A stretch of 18,829 bases of DNA from contig JANNXQ010000005.1 of NCBI GenBank assembly GCA_031409655.1, forward strand, positions 1 to 18,829, written 5' to 3'. Both the position numbers and the translations under genes were made by a program. This document shows, one piece after another, positions 16,012 through 18,829 of the stretch. Below the pieces are notes generated by a model. That model saw only the letters and a program-made list of their open reading frames with translations. It was not told where the DNA came from and searched no databases. Position 1 is the stretch's first letter, and every line of letters begins with the position of its first letter. Source of the stretch: Chthoniobacteraceae bacterium (lineage in GTDB: Bacteria > Verrucomicrobiota > Verrucomicrobiia > Chthoniobacterales > Chthoniobacteraceae).

Positions 16012-16131
16012 ATGAAAACCGCAAATTCTGACCATTCCACCAGCGGGAAAATCGGCTGGGCACTGCTCTGGCTCGTCGGCGTGCCGGTGCCCGTGCTGCT
16101 CATCCTTTTCCTCCTGCGCGGCTGCACTTGA
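16012..16131 (+). CDS. 39-aa single-TM micro-protein, copy 2 (MKTANSDHSTSGKIGWALLWLVGVPVPVLLILFLLRGCT)
   Basis: Paralog of 9292-9411, 35/39 aa identical; about 35 nt of upstream sequence is also similar. Confidence 0.82.
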   Translation: MKTANSDHSTSGKIGWALLWLVGVPVPVLLILFLLRGCT

Positions 16132-16137
16132 TCGCTC

Positions 16138-16290
16138 TCCGGCTACGGCTGCGCGCGCACTTACGCCGAAGTCCTCGGCGACAAGGCAGGCGCGAAGGTG
16201 CTCCAGCAGACGCTCGATGAAGAAGCCGCGACCGACAAAAAACTCACCAAGCTCGCTAAATCCACCATCAACCTCGCCGCCGTGAAATAA
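16138..16290 (+). pseudogene. C-terminal remnant of a YciE/YciF (DUF892) ferritin-like stress protein
   Basis: SGYGCARTYAEVLGDKAGAKVLQQTLDEEAATDKKLTKLAKSTINLAAVK* matches the DUF892 C-terminal pattern YG...A..LG....L..TL.EE..TD.KLT.LA...IN. No ATG and no N-terminal two-thirds. Stop lies 3 nt before the BON gene. Confidence 0.85.
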
Positions 16291-16293
16291 TCT

Positions 16294-16689
16294 ATGAAAC
16301 CAACCATCAAGAAAACCCTGTTAGCCTTCACCTCGATCGCCGCCTTGAGCTTCGCCGCCGTGGCTGCGGACGAGAAAAAGCCCGCCGCGGACAACACCGG
16401 GAAAAATGAGCGCGACCGCTCCGGTGAAACCAAAACCCCCGCCGATCAATCCAACACCCCGGAGGATCTGAAAATCACCCAGGCCATCCGGAAGGCGGTC
16501 GTCAAAGACAAGTCACTCACGATGACGGCCACGAACGTGAAGATCATCACGGCGGGCGGACAGGTCACGCTGCGCGGCCCGGTGAACACCGCCGAAGAGA
16601 AAATGAAGATCGAGGCCCACGCGAAGGCCGTCGCCGGCGACGCAAAAGTCGTCAACCAGCTCGAAGTCAAAGCAGCCAACAAAAATTAA
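16294..16689 (+). CDS. Exported BON-domain (OsmY-like) protein
   Basis: Signal peptide; ADNTGKNERDR...DQSN..DLKITQAIRKAVV...NVKIIT.GG.VTLRGPV...VVNQLEV. Confidence 0.93.
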   Translation: MKPTIKKTLLAFTSIAALSFAAVAADEKKPAADNTGKNERDRSGETKTPADQSNTPEDLKITQAIRKAVVKDKSLTMTATNVKIITAGGQVTLRGPVNTAEEKMKIEAHAKAVAGDAKVVNQLEVKAANKN

Positions 16690-16716
16690 CAACCAGCAAC
16701 CTAGAAAAACATCACC

Positions 16717-17241
16717 ATGTCAAAATCCGTATTCTGTATCGCAACCACCCAGGGCCAGGCCGAACGCATCGTCGAGCGGCTGCAATCCCAAGGCTTCGCA
16801 GCCTCCGAAATCTCCGTGCTCATGCCTGACACGGCGGGCACCAAGGACTTCGGCCACGTGAAATCGACCAAGGCCTCCGAAGGCGTGACCGCAGGCGCCA
16901 CGACCGGCGGCGTCGCGGGAGGCACGCTCGGGCTCCTCGCGGGCATCGGCGCACTCGCCATTCCGGGCATCGGCCCATTCATCGCGGCCGGTCCGATCAT
17001 GGCGGCGCTCAGCGGCGCGGCCATCGGTGCCACCGCCGGCGGGATCGTCGGCGGGCTGATCGGCCTCGGCATTCCCGAGATCGAAGCCAAGCGCTACGAG
17101 GAGAAGCTCAAGAAGGGCAACTACCTCGTCTCCGTTCACACCGACAACGGCGACCAAATCGACCGCGCGAAGAAAATCTTCAAAGAGGCTGACGCCGAGG
17201 ACATCAACACCGTGAGCGAAGCCACCGCGCCCACGGCGTAA
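16717..17241 (+). CDS. Gly-rich membrane general-stress protein (YflT/DUF3341-like)
   Basis: [58 protein letters not shown]...G.YLVSVH. Confidence 0.88.
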   Translation: MSKSVFCIATTQGQAERIVERLQSQGFAASEISVLMPDTAGTKDFGHVKSTKASEGVTAGATTGGVAGGTLGLLAGIGALAIPGIGPFIAAGPIMAALSGAAIGATAGGIVGGLIGLGIPEIEAKRYEEKLKKGNYLVSVHTDNGDQIDRAKKIFKEADAEDINTVSEATAPTA

Positions 17242-17269
17242 GGCTTTCGTCTTTTCCCTGAAGTTCCTA

Positions 17270-17301
17270 AAAACCCCGCGCACTTCGGTGCGCGGGGTTT
17301 T
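17270..17301 (+). terminator. Rho-independent terminator, possibly bidirectional
   Basis: AAAA-CCCCGCGCAC-TTCG-GTGCGCGGGG-TTTT: perfect 10-bp stem, c(UUCG)g loop and T tail, about 30 nt after the stop at 17241. Confidence 0.9.
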
Positions 17302-17395
17302 CTTCGTTGGGCAGCGAGACTGTTTTTCACAAATCCAAAATGCACACACGCGCGGAGCGATGCAGGCGCGATACTTGGTAGAACCACATAACATT

Positions 17396-17563
17396 ATGAT
17401 TAACCTCGCCATCACCCTCCTCGTCATCGCACTCATCGCCGCCGTGCTCGGCTTCGGCGGACTCGCCGGCACCGCTGTCGGCCTCGCGAAGATCCTCTTC
17501 ATGGTCTTCATCGTGCTTGCCATCCTCGCTTTCTTCATGGGGCGCAGAGGGCCGAGCGCATGA
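17396..17563 (+). CDS. DUF1328 (YtjA-like) small membrane protein (55 aa)
   Basis: [50 protein letters not shown] at 17396 after an A-rich leader. Confidence 0.93.
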   Translation: MINLAITLLVIALIAAVLGFGGLAGTAVGLAKILFMVFIVLAILAFFMGRRGPSA

Positions 17564-17811
17564 AGGCCCGGAGCCTCGCCTTGTTCGCCGTGGCCGGCGC
17601 CCTCGCCATCACGGGTTGCGAGCGCAAGGCTGTGGTGGTGGAAATGGCGCGCTTTACCGTGGCTCAAGTGAAGGCTCCATCGGCTGCACCGGCGTCACGC
17701 GACGGCCGGACAGGCGCGGAGAAGGTGGAGGACGCGGCAAAGCGCGTCGGCGATTCCCTCAAGGATGCGGCACGAAAGACGGGGGACGCCATCAAGGAAG
17801 CCGTTCGGTAG
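17560..17811 (+). CDS. Short lipoprotein (83 aa), internally deleted paralog of 2764-3267
   Basis: Lipobox ITG-C, ATGA overlap with DUF1328. The first 27 and last 56 aa align without gaps to the 167-aa paralog. Confidence 0.82.
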   Translation: MKARSLALFAVAGALAITGCERKAVVVEMARFTVAQVKAPSAAPASRDGRTGAEKVEDAAKRVGDSLKDAARKTGDAIKEAVR

Positions 17812-17908
17812 CCATGCCTTGTTTTCTCTCCGCTGCCGCGGGTGGGTTTCCGTTGGTGACCTCCATTTTCATCCAGGATTGCGAACGCAGGAAGAAGCGC
17901 CCCCGCTG

Positions 17909-18829
17909 ATGAGCGAGCCTCGCCAGGGCGGGAGGAGAAGACTTCAGCGCAAAACGAAAGTGCCGGTCGCCATCTCCATCGCCGTGGTGGTGACGCTTTT
18001 CCTTACCCTGCTCTTTCTGAACCTCCGCGCCGGAGAGAAGCAGATCCTCTACAAACTCGAACACCGTTTCGCCGTGAGCGACCCGCAGTTTGTCCGCAGC
18101 ATGAACCACTTGCTCGGCCCCGGCATCCTCGCGGGCAACCGGATCACCGCGTTGCAAAATGGCGATGAAATCTTCCCGGCGATGCTCGGGGCGATTCGCG
18201 GCGCGCGCGAAACCATCACCTTCGAGACTTACATTTATTGGTCGGGAGACATCGGTAAAAAGTTCTCCGATGCTTTGTCCGAGCGCGCCCGGAGCGGCGT
18301 GAAGGTGCATGTGCTGCTGGATGCCGTGGGCGCCGGAAAGCTCGATCAGCAGGCGCTGGACGAAATGAAAGCCGCCGGGGTGGAGGTGGAGAAATATCAT
18401 CCGTTGACCTGGCATACCGTGGCTCGCATCAACAATCGCACCCATCGCAAGCTGCTGGTCGTCGATGGCCGGATCGGCTTCACCGGCGGCGTGGGCATCG
18501 CCGATCTGTGGGCGGGCCACGCGGACTCAAAGGACCACTGGCGCGATTCCCACTACCAATTGGAAGGCCCGGCGGTCGCGCAGATGCAGGCGGCCTTTAC
18601 CGACAACTGGATCAAGACGCGGGCGAAGGTGCTCTTCGGCAGCGAATATTTTCCCGAGCGGAAACCCGTCGGCGAATCCCAGGCGCAGGTCTTCAAAAGC
18701 TCGCGCGGCGAGGGCAGCGAAAGTGTGCGGCTGATGTATCTGCTCTCCATCGCCTCGGCGACCGCGAGCGTGCGATTGCAGGCGGCGTATTTCGTGCCGG
18801 ACGATCTGGCGATCGACACCTTCATCGCC
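17909..18829 (+). CDS. cls: Cardiolipin synthase / phospholipase D family (3' end outside window; not in ORF track)
   Basis: Manual translation from the ATG at 17909: TM segment, GNRITALQNGDEIFPAMLGAIRGARETITFETYIYWSG, HKD motif NNRTHRKLLVVDGRIGFTGGVGIAD, WRDSH, AYFVPD. Open to the window end. Confidence 0.93.
   Translation, partial: MSEPRQGGRRRLQRKTKVPVAISIAVVVTLFLTLLFLNLRAGEKQILYKLEHRFAVSDPQFVRSMNHLLGPGILAGNRITALQNGDEIFPAMLGAIRGARETITFETYIYWSGDIGKKFSDALSERARSGVKVHVLLDAVGAGKLDQQALDEMKAAGVEVEKYHPLTWHTVARINNRTHRKLLVVDGRIGFTGGVGIADLWAGHADSKDHWRDSHYQLEGPAVAQMQAAFTDNWIKTRAKVLFGSEYFPERKPVGESQAQVFKSSRGEGSESVRLMYLLSIASATASVRLQAAYFVPDDLAIDTFIA

Noticed and set aside
16012..16290. Programmed TGA read-through or selenocysteine fusion of the micro-protein to the YciF fragment
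   Set aside because: Copy 1 ends in TAG at the same position, the fragment lacks most of the four-helix bundle, and an in-frame junction has a one-in-three chance.
17346..17372. Promoter motif upstream of DUF1328
   Set aside because: GCGAT is present at 17368-17372, but the -35 position reads ACACGC and lacks the conserved CC, so it is not counted as a full site.

Overview
GC-rich bacterial window. A-rich leaders without Shine-Dalgarno motifs and the gene families suggest Verrucomicrobiota, which is an inference. After a 5'-truncated PAS hybrid histidine kinase comes a general-stress/desiccation-type cluster: DUF883-like and CsbD-DUF883 proteins, LEA-like lipoproteins, a ferritin-like protein with a Fet4-like iron permease, an ABCD/YddA-type ABC transporter, an SLC13/TrkA-C permease, a secreted LamG-metallophosphoesterase with a TPR partner, a GH13 enzyme, a BON protein, a Gly-rich stress protein, DUF1328 and a 3'-truncated cardiolipin synthase. 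Signals missing from the ORF track: (1) a shared promoter-like motif, RCRNCC-N16-GCGA(T/A), upstream of at least five transcription units, three of them apparently leaderless; (2) two copies of an unannotated 39-aa membrane micro-protein; (3) a 321-bp direct repeat of the permease 3' end, about 95% identical with almost all differences synonymous, bracketing a 4.8-kb cargo block; (4) a lipoprotein paralog with a clean 84-aa in-frame deletion; (5) YciF and HAD gene remnants; (6) a 228-bp nested-palindrome REPIN/MITE-like element. Together these point to a mosaic, recombining stress island, probably controlled by one alternative sigma factor.
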